DNA of 64,000 nt from an uncultured Gammaproteobacteria bacterium (GCA_964412165.1 CAYPMW010000003.1:10338-74337); one strand, 5' to 3'. Numbered from the stretch's first letter, positions 27,191 through 37,600 are shown. Program-made: numbers and translations. Notes: generated from the sequence alone by a model not told the origin.

Positions 27191-27619
27191 CTATAACGGG
27201 ATGATGGTCATGCCTCCTCCCTGATTAATATCTATTCTTATGCTTTTAAGACTGCTGGTGAGAGTCACCGACTGCACCCCGGACGGTTCACCGCGTAAGT
27301 TAAATGTGATATCCGTCAAGCCAGATAGAGTGATAGTTGAGGGAATAACCACATCTTCTTTAAATACCGGGGCGTCGCATGAAGAGCTATAGAGTCTGAC
27401 TCCTCCACCAATTACACATACACCCCAAACCGCGCCACTTTTTGAATCCATGGCATACCCTTGCGCTTTTCTCACCGTGCTTTTGAATTTGTCTATAGTA
27501 GCGTCAAAATCACCCTGGGAAAAAATTTTGGTATATATCGGGGGCATCACGGCAGCGATAATCATAAAAATCGCCAGCACCACAAGAAGTTCAATGAGTG
27601 TCACTCCTTTTTTCATCAT
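27191..27619 (-). CDS. GspH/FimT-like minor pilin (pseudopilin)
   Basis: MKKGVTLIELLVVLAIFMIIAAV.. prepilin signal. The start is taken at the internal Met to avoid overlap with pilC; the longest ORF extends to 27688. Confidence 0.7.
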   Translation of the reverse strand: MMKKGVTLIELLVVLAIFMIIAAVMPPIYTKIFSQGDFDATIDKFKSTVRKAQGYAMDSKSGAVWGVCVIGGGVRLYSSSCDAPVFKEDVVIPSTITLSGLTDITFNLRGEPSGVQSVTLTSSLKSIRIDINQGGGMTIIPL

Positions 27620-27629
27620 TACCATCGAT

Positions 27630-28700
27630 TCATCTTCTAAGAGATCCGGTGAGCGAATAGATCGGTCCCAATATTGCCAGGAGCACAAAAAGAACTACGA
27701 AGCCTATGCAAATAAGCAAGAAAGGTTCCAGTACCACGGTGATGTTTTTGGAAATCTCGTCAATTTCCTCTTCATAAAAATCACCTAAGTAAAGAAGTGC
27801 CTCGTCAAGCTTGCCTGATTTTTCACCCACGCTGATCATCTTGGTAACGATCAGCGGAAATTCCGACAAGTGTTTTTTGCGTAACGTCTCTCCTATATCT
27901 TTACCTTTGTTTACCGAAGAGATGATATCTTCCAAATCACGTTTAAACCGCACATTGGACAACGAATTTCTGGTCACTTCAAGACTCCTCACAATCGGCA
28001 CTCCGCTTTTAAGCAGTACGCCTAAATTGCGGGAAAAATGAGCCAGTTGCCCGTCAACAACGAGAGCTCCGATGAGGGGAAGTTTTAGTATGAAGCCATG
28101 CCAGACATACGTAACTGAGGCGACTTTAACTAAAAGCCTGAGACCCAAAATAATCACCAGCACTCCAAGTAAAATGTGGATATAATAATTATTGAGAAAG
28201 TAAACTATAAAAAGTAATAGTTTGGTAGACAGGGGCAACTCAACTTCAAGTGATTCGAACACATCGACCAACTTAGGCAGTAAAAATACGGCTACTCCTC
28301 CACCCATTGAAAATGTCGCCGTGATAATGAGTGCTGGATAGAGCATAGCTGATCGTAGTTTTTTGCGAAGATTATAAGTTTTGGTAAGTTGACCTGCCAA
28401 AAAATCAAGGTTTGTCTCAAGCGTCCCTGATTCTTCACTCACCTCAATTAGACTGACGTACAGACCATCAAAAACATGTGGATACCGCTTTAATGCATGG
28501 GCAAGAGTATGGCCACTTTCAATTTCTTGATAAATATTTTCAAGAATCGCTTTGAAGCTGGGGGATCTCGTTTGTTCCTCAAGGGTTTCTAAAGCTTCAG
28601 TTAAAGGAATACCGGCTTTAAGCATGGTGGAAAGGTGTTTCGTAAACAGAAGCTTCTCGACAAAACTGATCCGGCCCGCTGTCAGGGCAGCAAGTTTCAT
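27630..28700 (-). CDS. pilC: Type IV pilus inner-membrane platform protein PilC (GspF family, duplicated T2SSF domains)
   Basis: Two T2SS_F repeats (..LKAGIPLTEALE.. and ..LKSGVPIVRSLE..) and 3 TM helices. Confidence 0.85.
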   Translation of the reverse strand: MKLAALTAGRISFVEKLLFTKHLSTMLKAGIPLTEALETLEEQTRSPSFKAILENIYQEIESGHTLAHALKRYPHVFDGLYVSLIEVSEESGTLETNLDFLAGQLTKTYNLRKKLRSAMLYPALIITATFSMGGGVAVFLLPKLVDVFESLEVELPLSTKLLLFIVYFLNNYYIHILLGVLVIILGLRLLVKVASVTYVWHGFILKLPLIGALVVDGQLAHFSRNLGVLLKSGVPIVRSLEVTRNSLSNVRFKRDLEDIISSVNKGKDIGETLRKKHLSEFPLIVTKMISVGEKSGKLDEALLYLGDFYEEEIDEISKNITVVLEPFLLICIGFVVLFVLLAILGPIYSLTGSLRR

Positions 28701-28701
28701 A

Positions 28702-30375
28702 TTAATCTTTAGTGACGCGAGTTACCTCATCCACTGTCGTAATACCTTGTTTAACTTTTTCTATACCATCATCATACATGGTTTTCATACCGCTTTTAGC
28801 TGCGAGGGCTTTGATGATCGAAGAGTCTTTTCGGTCCGTGATAGCTTTTCTCAAAGAATCATTTACTACTAAAATTTCAAAAATACCAACTCTCCCGACA
28901 TACCCACTTCCTTGACACACATCACACCCCTTCCCAACATATACGCGAATCTCCCTTTTGGCATGAAAATGTTCTTTAACTATTGCAGGAGGTAGCTTGG
29001 TTAAAAGCTCTTTAACATTTGTAATCTGACTGTACCGACACCGGACACAGATCTTTCTCACCAAGCGCTGGGCAATCACCACAGTGACAGTCGAAGCAAC
29101 CAAGTACGGCTCCACCTTCATGTCAAATAGTCTCGGGACGGCTGTGGCTGCATCATTTGTATGAAGCGTAGTCAAGACAAGATGTCCCGTCATCGATGCA
29201 TTAATGGCGATATCGGCGGTGTCTTCGTCACGTATCTCTCCGACTAGTATCACATTAGGATCCTGTCTGACAATAGATTTTAAGCCTGAAGCAAAGGTGA
29301 GATTTGTTTTGGGATTCACTTGTATCTGGTTAATCCCGGGTATTTCATATTCAACCGGATCTTCAATGGTCATAATGTTGATATCACGCCTATTTAGAAT
29401 TTTTAATATTGCATATAGAGTGGTAGTTTTACCGCACCCAGTTGGTCCAGTAGCGAGTATCATTCCGTAAGGCTTATTGTACGCTGATTCGACTTTACGT
29501 AAATCATCTTCAGAAAACCCTAAATCTTTAAGTGAATACGCACGCGACCTTTGCGATAAAATTCTTAAGACTATTTTTTCCCCTTCAGTCACCGGTACTA
29601 TTGAAACACGGATATCCACCGTCTCCTGCTCAAACGCTACCTGCATTTTCCCATCCTGGGCAGACTGATGTTCATCGGTTTTTAGTTTTGAAAGCACTTT
29701 GATGCGAGTCACTATCCGCTCGTGAAGGTCGCGGGGAACAGTTACGATGTCGCGAAGTATTCCGTCAATCCTGTATCTTACTAACGATAAAGTACTTCCC
29801 GGCTCAATGTGTATGTCTGATGCTCTTGATGTATATGCATACGATATCAATTGGTCAACGAGTATAATAATCGGCGGTTCGTACTCGACGCCTTTTTTTG
29901 CCTCTTCAATGCTTTTATGAATTATCTCGTCAAATGTTTCAGCAATGTTTTTCTTATACAGCGCAAGGGCACTTTCGATATCCCGATCAGTCGCAAAATG
30001 GAGAATAATCGGTTTACCGAATTTTTTTTGTAAAAAATCTCCGGCTTGGGTACCGGGTTCGGAAGTTCCTACATGGATCCCCTGCGTATCTTTCCGAAAT
30101 ACTATAACTTTCTGTTTTTTAGCGAACTGTTCGGGTATGAGTGTTAAAACTGAATCAGGAATATTAATATCGCTTAGTCGAATAAATGGGAGTGCATAAA
30201 TATCAGCAACGACTTTCCCGACGTTTTCATCTGACACCAGATCCTCATTGACTAGAAGTTCGGCCAACGGAACGTGGGACTTTTGACTGCGTTCAAACGC
30301 TTGTTTGAGCTTGTCATCACTCAAAACCGACAGTTCGGCAAGAGTTGTATAAAGTTTTGTATCATCATAGAGCAT
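28702..30375 (-). CDS. pilB: Type IV pilus assembly ATPase PilB (GspE family)
   Basis: N-terminal T2SSE_N domain, Walker A (GPTGCGKTTT), Asp/His boxes and a tetracysteine Zn site (CVRCRYS..CDVCQGSG). Confidence 0.9.
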   Translation of the reverse strand: MLYDDTKLYTTLAELSVLSDDKLKQAFERSQKSHVPLAELLVNEDLVSDENVGKVVADIYALPFIRLSDINIPDSVLTLIPEQFAKKQKVIVFRKDTQGIHVGTSEPGTQAGDFLQKKFGKPIILHFATDRDIESALALYKKNIAETFDEIIHKSIEEAKKGVEYEPPIIILVDQLISYAYTSRASDIHIEPGSTLSLVRYRIDGILRDIVTVPRDLHERIVTRIKVLSKLKTDEHQSAQDGKMQVAFEQETVDIRVSIVPVTEGEKIVLRILSQRSRAYSLKDLGFSEDDLRKVESAYNKPYGMILATGPTGCGKTTTLYAILKILNRRDINIMTIEDPVEYEIPGINQIQVNPKTNLTFASGLKSIVRQDPNVILVGEIRDEDTADIAINASMTGHLVLTTLHTNDAATAVPRLFDMKVEPYLVASTVTVVIAQRLVRKICVRCRYSQITNVKELLTKLPPAIVKEHFHAKREIRVYVGKGCDVCQGSGYVGRVGIFEILVVNDSLRKAITDRKDSSIIKALAAKSGMKTMYDDGIEKVKQGITTVDEVTRVTKD

Positions 30376-30376
30376 A

Positions 30377-30745
30377 TTACATGTCAGTCAGCGCTTTGAT
30401 TTTATCTAGAAACATGCTGATCGATAAATCGCTCTTGACGATATAATCGGCAGCGCCCAACTTCAATCCTCGATCAATATCTTCTTTCTGTCCTAAATTT
30501 GAGGCAATCATTACCGGGATGTGGCGAAATCTATCGTTTTTTTTGAGCTCTTCAAGCACCTGAAACCCGTCTTTTTTAGGCAGAATGAGATCCAAAATGA
30601 TGAGATCCGGTGTAAAGAGCTTTAAGGCGGACAAAGCTTCCTCACCGTCAACTGTCATTTTTACTTCATACCCTGATTTTGTCAGCTTGATGCGTAAGGC
30701 ATTTGCAATAAACGTATCATCTTCAGCAATGAGAATTTTTTTCAT
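30377..30745 (-). CDS. Single-domain response regulator (CheY-like receiver)
   Basis: ..ILIAEDD.., the phospho-acceptor Asp in ..LIILDLILP.., and the conserved K in ..DYIVKS... Confidence 0.85.
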   Translation of the reverse strand: MKKILIAEDDTFIANALRIKLTKSGYEVKMTVDGEEALSALKLFTPDLIILDLILPKKDGFQVLEELKKNDRFRHIPVMIASNLGQKEDIDRGLKLGAADYIVKSDLSISMFLDKIKALTDM

Positions 30746-30822
30746 ACAGCCGCACCATTGTCACTAAGCGCACTCTGACTAACAGTGTATGTGTGTGATT
30801 CTTCAAAGTCAAGAAACCTATT

Positions 30823-32904
30823 TTATGTCACCGTCACTTCTCCTGGTTTCGCCTCACTTCCTGAAACAGGTAAACTAAACCAAAAAGTTGTCCCAATGTT
30901 TTCATCACTTTCAAACCAAATAGTGCCTCCTGAAAGGTCAATAATCGCTTTCACTAGGTAGAGACCAAGTCCTGTTCCATCAGGTTCATATTTTGAAATA
31001 TTAATCGATCTAAAAAATTTGGTAAAAATTTTACTATGATCTGCTTTGGGAATGCCATATCCACAGTCAGTAATCTGGGAAATGATCGCATCTTCTTTTT
31101 GATATATGCTTATCGAAATATCGCCTTCTTCATGCGTGTACTTGACTGCGTTGGATATTAAATTTAAATAGACTTGGGATATAAGTTTTGGGTCTATCAT
31201 TATCGGTGGAAGTGAATTTTCGCTATGCACAACAATATGCTGTTTTTTTGCCGAGATCCGTGGTTTGAGTTCAAACAGTACCTTATCTACGATCTCTCTT
31301 AAATTAGTTGGTTTAGGGTCAACTCTCAACCTACCCGATTCTATCCGAGAAATATTGAGTAAACTATTGACGAGATCGATCATTCGTTGGGTTGATGTAT
31401 GTATATTATTGATAAAATCAACCTGTTCGGTATTGAGAGCGCCTGCATCACCAGCAATAAGCATCTCAGAAAACCAATTGATTGAGGTAAGCGGAGTTCG
31501 CAGTTGATGTGACGCCAGAGAGATGAATTCGGTTTTCATCTGGTCAATTTCCTTTTCGCGAGTAATGTCATGAATTACCCGAACTGAACCAATAATAGCT
31601 TCATTTAGAACAATGGGGGTGACTGTAGCAGTCGCGGGAAACCTGGTACCGTCGGGTCGATTGTAGTAGTAGACTCCCCGGGTGCTTTTTCCTTCACCCA
31701 AAGCTATTTTGACAGGACGACTCTCCTTCGGAACAAGATTACCTTTCTCGTCTGATATTTTTACTACATCAATAATTGCTTTCTCAAGTACTTCTCGTTC
31801 GATGACTCCCAAGAGTTCCTCGGCTGCATGGTTAAGCATGATAATTCTGCCCTCGCTGTCTGTGACTACTATTCCGTCTCCGATGCTTTGAAGTACCGCA
31901 TCGCGTTTAGCCATGGTTTCGCTGAGAACTGCGCGGTGATAATTTTTCTGGAATTTTTCTAAGGAGAAATAAGCTACCCCGACCAACAAGAGTACCCCGC
32001 CCAAGTAGAGAAGTTTTAGAATAAAGTTTTGGTCAACTGATTGATAGAGCGATTGCACATCGAACCCAACCACTACAAATGCTTGATCGTGCGATGTTCT
32101 TGACAGCGGTCCAAATATAAAGATGCGTGGTTGGCCGTCAATAATCGTATCGAGTGACTGCCCGGTTTGAATTGTTGTAATTTGTTCAAATAACCTACTA
32201 TTTTTAATAGTATTTCCAGTCAGGTTTAACTCTGGAGGATTACCAGTAAGGATGGTGCCGTTTGGATTGACGAGAAAAAAGATATTTTGCCCCGAAACAT
32301 TAACAGTAGAGATGAATTGACGTTCCAAACCGAAGTTGTATACGGCAAAAATTACGCCTTCTACGATACCCTCCTCGTTAAGATACGGATATCCTATCAC
32401 TGCACTTGGTCGATTATCAGATTTGTCAACGGTATAGTCCCCGACAGTAAAACCCTCACTGAGGAGCGTTTTCTCAAAGATGGTGAGATACGCCTGAGTG
32501 TAAAGTGAACGAGATGAAGAAGCTGAGCAAATCAGATTTTTACTGCGCGATATATATCCGACATTTGCATACCACGAATTAATTTTCAGAAGTTCTAAGA
32601 GGTATTTCTCACACGTTTCCTGATTGGCAAATACAGTTCCACCTCGCACTGCAATATTTTCCAAAAATTGTTCAGTTGACTCGAGAATTTGGTCATGCGA
32701 ATACGCTACGAGTCCAATTGAACGTTTAGCGGTTTCATTTTCCTTAGCAAATATTTTCTCTCGGTCGCTTTTCCATTGATACACAAACAGTACCAGGGAA
32801 ATGAAGAAGAAGGCTATCCCAAAAAATAGAGCAATGAGTCTTAACCGTATTAGGATCCGGTCGTGCTCACTGAAACGGGGAAGATTGGCAGGCTTGTCGC
32901 TCAC
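30823..32904 (-). CDS. Sensor histidine kinase: TM1, ~260-aa extracytoplasmic sensor domain, TM2, PAS, HisKA, HATPase_c
   Basis: H-box ISLASHQLRTPL; N, G1 and G2 boxes (..DCGYGIP.., GTGLGLYLVKAI); a PAS-like segment (..IGDGIVVTDSEGRIIMLNHAAEELLG..). Confidence 0.85.
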   Translation of the reverse strand: MSDKPANLPRFSEHDRILIRLRLIALFFGIAFFFISLVLFVYQWKSDREKIFAKENETAKRSIGLVAYSHDQILESTEQFLENIAVRGGTVFANQETCEKYLLELLKINSWYANVGYISRSKNLICSASSSRSLYTQAYLTIFEKTLLSEGFTVGDYTVDKSDNRPSAVIGYPYLNEEGIVEGVIFAVYNFGLERQFISTVNVSGQNIFFLVNPNGTILTGNPPELNLTGNTIKNSRLFEQITTIQTGQSLDTIIDGQPRIFIFGPLSRTSHDQAFVVVGFDVQSLYQSVDQNFILKLLYLGGVLLLVGVAYFSLEKFQKNYHRAVLSETMAKRDAVLQSIGDGIVVTDSEGRIIMLNHAAEELLGVIEREVLEKAIIDVVKISDEKGNLVPKESRPVKIALGEGKSTRGVYYYNRPDGTRFPATATVTPIVLNEAIIGSVRVIHDITREKEIDQMKTEFISLASHQLRTPLTSINWFSEMLIAGDAGALNTEQVDFINNIHTSTQRMIDLVNSLLNISRIESGRLRVDPKPTNLREIVDKVLFELKPRISAKKQHIVVHSENSLPPIMIDPKLISQVYLNLISNAVKYTHEEGDISISIYQKEDAIISQITDCGYGIPKADHSKIFTKFFRSINISKYEPDGTGLGLYLVKAIIDLSGGTIWFESDENIGTTFWFSLPVSGSEAKPGEVTVT

Positions 32905-32979
32905 AGTTTAATTATCAGAACTTGCTGAACTAAAGTCAAGAAACAAGTATTAAATCAGTAGCTTGACGAGTGAAATTAC

Positions 32980-34509
32980 TTACGTAAAGTATTTTTCTAA
33001 CAGACCCACGCAGGCTAGTTCTCGACCGGCTTTTTTCGTTCGAGCCTCTACCCAGTCAGAAATATAATGAATCCGTCTAATTTTTATATTTGCCCGGACT
33101 CTATACACCGGCTTTGAGTTAAGAGTAGTTTCTAGAGTTTCATAACGAATAAAAGGCCAATGTCTGTGGAGACGTGCTAAACTGATTATTCCCACCGCGT
33201 CTTTCGGGTGTTTGTATAACCAGCTAAATACCCAGGTGAGCGTACTCGGACGAAGTCCTGGAGGACTCACCGTGAATAATAATGCATAAAGTTCTAAAGT
33301 AGTAATCTTCTCATGGTCAATTTTTTCATACAAAGCTTGAATTTCCTGATTAGATAGTTGTAGCGGATGATCGCCGCGAAATACTGGGAGTCTTAAGTCG
33401 TCAGCATCAGCTCGTGCAGTTGAGTTAACATGTAGCGTGTCCATCATCCTCTCTTTTGGTGTGTGATACTCTCTCTTGAGTGACTGGATAACTGTTTCAA
33501 GATCTACAGGGTAAGGTCGTACCTCGCCCTGCACTAGGAAGTCAACGGCCAATATATTCATCCAGTCTGACATACGCTCGAGAGCTCCGGTTACGGGTGT
33601 AAATGCAGGCAGTCCCAAAACTTCTGCTTTAACGGGATGAGAACTTATAGTTAACGGAGAAACCGCTCTCCTGATAAACATATTTGTCTCAAAAATATCA
33701 ACTGATTCAGCTTCTCCCAGTTTGGCTTCAATTTCAGAACGTAGTCTGATCCAGTCAACGGTATTGAGTTCCAAGTGAGATCCGATATAAACAGCAGGGA
33801 TGTTTTTTCTGGTTAGTAATTCGGCACAAATCACTCCCGCCAAATACCTCATTTCGCGCTTTATCTGCGTCGTCTGGTATGTTTTTTGGGGGTCTAGATA
33901 GTAGAGTTCTCCTCCGTCGTGTGTGGCAATTCCATGTCTGAGATTAAAAATGGATAATGCCCCCCCGGTTCTACGTTCCCTCTCAAGGAGGCGGGTTAGT
34001 TCAAGTGTATGACGTAGTTGTAAGCTAAGCGGATGGTGCGTGTCTTCGATTATATTGTCAGCCTCGGCATACGTCAGCTCGTCATTGACGCGAACTGCAC
34101 TCGGAAAAAGTCCTTTAGGTTTCATCTGTCCGTCTCGATCAACTTGTAATGTTATGGTTATGCCAAGTCTCGCTTCATGTGGTACCAACCCTAGGCAGCC
34201 GATAATTAATTTATAGGGATACAAATACTCTACTCCTCGTGATCGTGAAAGACCTTGTCGCAAAACATGATTGTCCAATTCCGCAGAGGTACCAAGATAT
34301 GGAATGGGGTCAAACATCGAGATGGCCACGGTATAAGAAGTACCCTTTTTTTCCACCCAAAAGGCGCTGTCGCCCGCACCTTTATGCTGAGCGTGAAGGA
34401 TCATTCCGGGTACTTTAGGTCGAGCAGGCAACTCCGATTCAAGAATTTTTTTGTATGTACCGAGCACAAGATCGGACATGAGTGATTCATCATCCGCAAT
34501 TTCATGCAT
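32980..34509 (-). CDS. Hypothetical protein (509 aa); weak, unverified resemblance to a degenerate RNB (RNase II/R) fold
   Basis: No catalytic motif recognised. GC content appears higher than in the flanking genes. Confidence 0.4.
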   Translation of the reverse strand: MHEIADDESLMSDLVLGTYKKILESELPARPKVPGMILHAQHKGAGDSAFWVEKKGTSYTVAISMFDPIPYLGTSAELDNHVLRQGLSRSRGVEYLYPYKLIIGCLGLVPHEARLGITITLQVDRDGQMKPKGLFPSAVRVNDELTYAEADNIIEDTHHPLSLQLRHTLELTRLLERERRTGGALSIFNLRHGIATHDGGELYYLDPQKTYQTTQIKREMRYLAGVICAELLTRKNIPAVYIGSHLELNTVDWIRLRSEIEAKLGEAESVDIFETNMFIRRAVSPLTISSHPVKAEVLGLPAFTPVTGALERMSDWMNILAVDFLVQGEVRPYPVDLETVIQSLKREYHTPKERMMDTLHVNSTARADADDLRLPVFRGDHPLQLSNQEIQALYEKIDHEKITTLELYALLFTVSPPGLRPSTLTWVFSWLYKHPKDAVGIISLARLHRHWPFIRYETLETTLNSKPVYRVRANIKIRRIHYISDWVEARTKKAGRELACVGLLEKYFT

Positions 34510-34611
34510 AGTCTGTCGATAAATGAAGAGAGAAATTTAAACACTTGTAATTTCCTCTTGCTTTTTAATGATAGTGCGTATTATAACAATAGAGTCAAAA
34601 GGGGAGGTAGT

Positions 34612-35565
34612 ATGGCAAGAAAAAATGGTCATCCTGAATATCAATACTTAGCTTTACTTGAAGACATTCTTACCAACGGTTCGTGGAAGGTTAGTCACTC
34701 AACCGGCGTCAAACTTAAAAGCGTATTTGGTAGACAAATCAGGTTCGATTTATCCAAAGGTTTTCCGTTACTCACTACTAAAAAAGTTTTTTCTCGCGGA
34801 GTAATTCACGAGCTGATCTGGTTTCTTTCAGGAGATTCAAATATCAAATATTTAATTGAAAATAACGTCCACATCTGGGACGAGTGGGCGTACAAAAAAT
34901 ATGAGTGGGCAGTCAAAGATGGCAAAGCAAGACCACTGAAATATGACGATTTTGTGGTTAAACTCCAAACCGACAAGGCATTTTTGAAAAAATGGGGTGA
35001 GCTTGGTCCTGTGTACGGAGTCCAGTGGCGAAAATGGCCTTCAGGAAGCATAAAAACTGTTGACCAGCTAGGATGGGCGATTGAAAAAATTAAAAAATAT
35101 CCCCAAAAAAAACACTACATTGTCTCCGCATGGAACGCTGGGTGTATCTATGAAATGAGTGGGAGCCACGCCGCATCAATGGTGATAGCTCCCTGCCACA
35201 CCATGTTTCATATCAATATCACCGGAGATAAATTATCACTTCTCCTCTATCAACGCTCGGCAGATATGTTTTTGGGAGTGCCGTTTAACATCGCCAGCTA
35301 TGCGCTTCTCACGCTCATACTCGCCCAAGTGACAGGGTATAAACCAGGTGAATTTATCCATACTTTTGGAGACGCCCATATTTACGAAAATCATATCACC
35401 CAAGTCAGCGAACAACTCAAGCGAAAACCTCGACCGTTTCCGAAAATCAAACTGAATCCCAGAGTCAAAAAAATTGACGATTTCAGGTTTGCTGATTTTG
35501 AATTGGTCGGTTACGATCCCCACCCACCGATCCAGGGCGAAATTACTGTAGTTGGAGGATTTTAA
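34612..35565 (+). CDS. thyA: Thymidylate synthase (ThyA type)
   Basis: ..HELIWFLSGDSNIKYL.. and the catalytic ..APCHTMFHINI.. motifs. Strong AAAGGGGAGG RBS before the ATG at 34612. The listed ORF's 5' extension from 34504 has no homology support. Confidence 0.85.
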   Translation: MARKNGHPEYQYLALLEDILTNGSWKVSHSTGVKLKSVFGRQIRFDLSKGFPLLTTKKVFSRGVIHELIWFLSGDSNIKYLIENNVHIWDEWAYKKYEWAVKDGKARPLKYDDFVVKLQTDKAFLKKWGELGPVYGVQWRKWPSGSIKTVDQLGWAIEKIKKYPQKKHYIVSAWNAGCIYEMSGSHAASMVIAPCHTMFHINITGDKLSLLLYQRSADMFLGVPFNIASYALLTLILAQVTGYKPGEFIHTFGDAHIYENHITQVSEQLKRKPRPFPKIKLNPRVKKIDDFRFADFELVGYDPHPPIQGEITVVGGF

Positions 35566-35573
35566 TTTTATTT

Positions 35574-36092
35574 ATGAATAAGCCCACAATCTCAATAATT
35601 GCCGCGTTATCCGAAAACTTGGTGATCGGCAAAGATAACCGGCTTCCATGGTACATACCGAAAGATTTGCAACGATTTAAAGAATTGACGATGAACCATC
35701 CCGTGATCATGGGAAGAAAAACGTACGAATCGATTGGAAAACCGCTACCTGGAAGGATAATTATCGTCATGACGCACGACCAACGTTTTCAGGCAGAGGG
35801 CGCGCTCATTGCCTATTCGCTTGAGGAAGCAATTCAGTTAGCTCAGGCGAAAGATACCAAGGAAATATTTATTATCGGCGGCGCTGAAATTTTCAAACAG
35901 GCAATGCACATCGCGGACAGACTGTATTTGACTCTTATCAAAGGTAATTTCGAAGGCGATGCCTTTTTTCCCGATTTTTCAAATTTCTCAACTATTATCT
36001 CAAAAGAAGAGAGAGAAACAAATGGTCTCAAATATACCTTCCTTACGCTTGGACCAAAACAGAGTCTCGGAAGTGTGAACTCCCCGACCTAA
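35574..36092 (+). CDS. folA: Dihydrofolate reductase
   Basis: ..ISIIAALSENLVIGKDNRLPW.. and ..PVIMGRKTYESIG.. DHFR motifs. Confidence 0.85.
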   Translation: MNKPTISIIAALSENLVIGKDNRLPWYIPKDLQRFKELTMNHPVIMGRKTYESIGKPLPGRIIIVMTHDQRFQAEGALIAYSLEEAIQLAQAKDTKEIFIIGGAEIFKQAMHIADRLYLTLIKGNFEGDAFFPDFSNFSTIISKEERETNGLKYTFLTLGPKQSLGSVNSPT

Positions 36093-36270
36093 AAGATTGA
36101 AACTTCCTGGTACCGAGGTATACCCTTCTTACTGTAATTTGCAACTTTTTCGAATGAAAAATGTTGCTAATTCGGTCTAGAAGGAATTATACCCGGAACA
36201 TTTCATTGTGCGAAGGGTATAATAGGTGTTATTGAATTCTTAAACTACATATCATATACTACAGGTCTTT

Positions 36271-36834
36271 ATGGCTAATACTACGGAAAGGGTTATGTCT
36301 TATCGATTCCCTGATTGGCTGATTGGAGCAGAATTGGCTCTCAAACGGGCTCGTCTACCAGATCGGATTCTAGGCCAGGTACTTAGGGAACAGCGATTCC
36401 CAGGTGGAATTACCCAATATCGTCGACTGGTCACTTATGATCGGACTCCAATCGGAGTAACACCAGAGATCATCAAACAAACAAGAACTGAGATTGAACT
36501 AGCTTTATTTCGCTCCGGCATAACTCTCCCTAGACCCCTGACATTAATTCATCTCCCTGCCATTACTTCAGTCATTCACGCGACGTGTAATTGGCCCTTT
36601 CATACCGGAGAAACGCGCGCTGAAGCAAAAAATAACTTGCTTTCTGACGTAAGTTTCTTACAATATCTGTTCACAGATTCAAATATCTCAAATCTTCCGG
36701 ATCCTCAAACAATTGAATGGGTGGTTGGTGATATGATAGGACTTCGCTGGCTTCAGTACCGAACAACTATGAAAGAATCATGGCTTTATTTGACTCTAAA
36801 TGTTGACCCTTATCTGGCCTATCAATCTAGATAG
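36271..36834 (+). CDS. Hypothetical protein (187 aa)
   Basis: Intact ORF flanked on both sides by TATACCC-N20-GGGTATA inverted repeats. Confidence 0.45.
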   Translation: MANTTERVMSYRFPDWLIGAELALKRARLPDRILGQVLREQRFPGGITQYRRLVTYDRTPIGVTPEIIKQTRTEIELALFRSGITLPRPLTLIHLPAITSVIHATCNWPFHTGETRAEAKNNLLSDVSFLQYLFTDSNISNLPDPQTIEWVVGDMIGLRWLQYRTTMKESWLYLTLNVDPYLAYQSR

Positions 36835-37101
36835 TGTGATTTTATTGTCTGATAAATTTATATTTTCTCAACTCATCTAACTTTGTTATAATCAGAAGAG
36901 TAAAATATTATAATTAACTTAAGTCTAACTTGCAATTTATACCCTTCACAACTCCAAATTGTTTCGGGTATAACGCATTCTAGTACTTCGACAAGCTCAG
37001 TATATAACTGATTTAATCCCGATATTACATCGGGACAAAATATAGTATGAATAGTATAGCAATGCATTAGTCAATGAAAATGTGAGTGATAAATAATCAT
37101 T

Positions 37102-37506
37102 ATGTTCCAGGATTCAAAATCAAAAAAAAAGATTAATAAGAAGCAAAAACTGAGTCCTGAACAGTATCAGATCTGCTTTCTCAAAGGTACCGAGCCGCCC
37201 TTTAGCGGTAAATACTACCAAACCAAAGACCCGGGGATGTATCACTGCGTCGCTTGCGGACAGGCGCTATTTTCTTCAGATACCAAATATGATTCAGGTA
37301 CTGGCTGGCCGGCATTTTGGGATCCGGTAAACCAAGCGCACGTAAAAACTCAAGCAGACACAAGTCTCGGAATGAGGCGCCTGGAGGTCCTCTGCAGTCA
37401 CTGCGGCGCTCACTTAGGCCATGTTTTTCCTGACGGCCCTAAACCAACTGGTTTGAGATATTGTATTAACTCCCTAGCTCTTGATTTCAGACCAGCGAAG
37501 AAGTGA
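37102..37506 (+). CDS. msrB: Peptide-methionine (R)-S-oxide reductase MsrB
   Basis: CxxC...CxxC zinc site and the ..GTGWPAF.. / ..[10 protein letters not shown].. MsrB motifs. Confidence 0.9.
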   Translation: MFQDSKSKKKINKKQKLSPEQYQICFLKGTEPPFSGKYYQTKDPGMYHCVACGQALFSSDTKYDSGTGWPAFWDPVNQAHVKTQADTSLGMRRLEVLCSHCGAHLGHVFPDGPKPTGLRYCINSLALDFRPAKK

Positions 37507-37600
37507 TTCATTATATTAAATAACATTCCTTAAAAAGTCTCATCTAAATATTTGACAATTGAATCTGATTATAATATAACTACGAAAAAGACGATTAAAT

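Noticed and set aside
36186-36220. Reading the GGGTATAAT arm simply as a sigma-70 promoter
   Set aside because: A -10-like box is present, but there is no properly spaced -35 element, and the same composite inverted repeat recurs downstream of the gene. It was therefore reported as a repeat motif instead.
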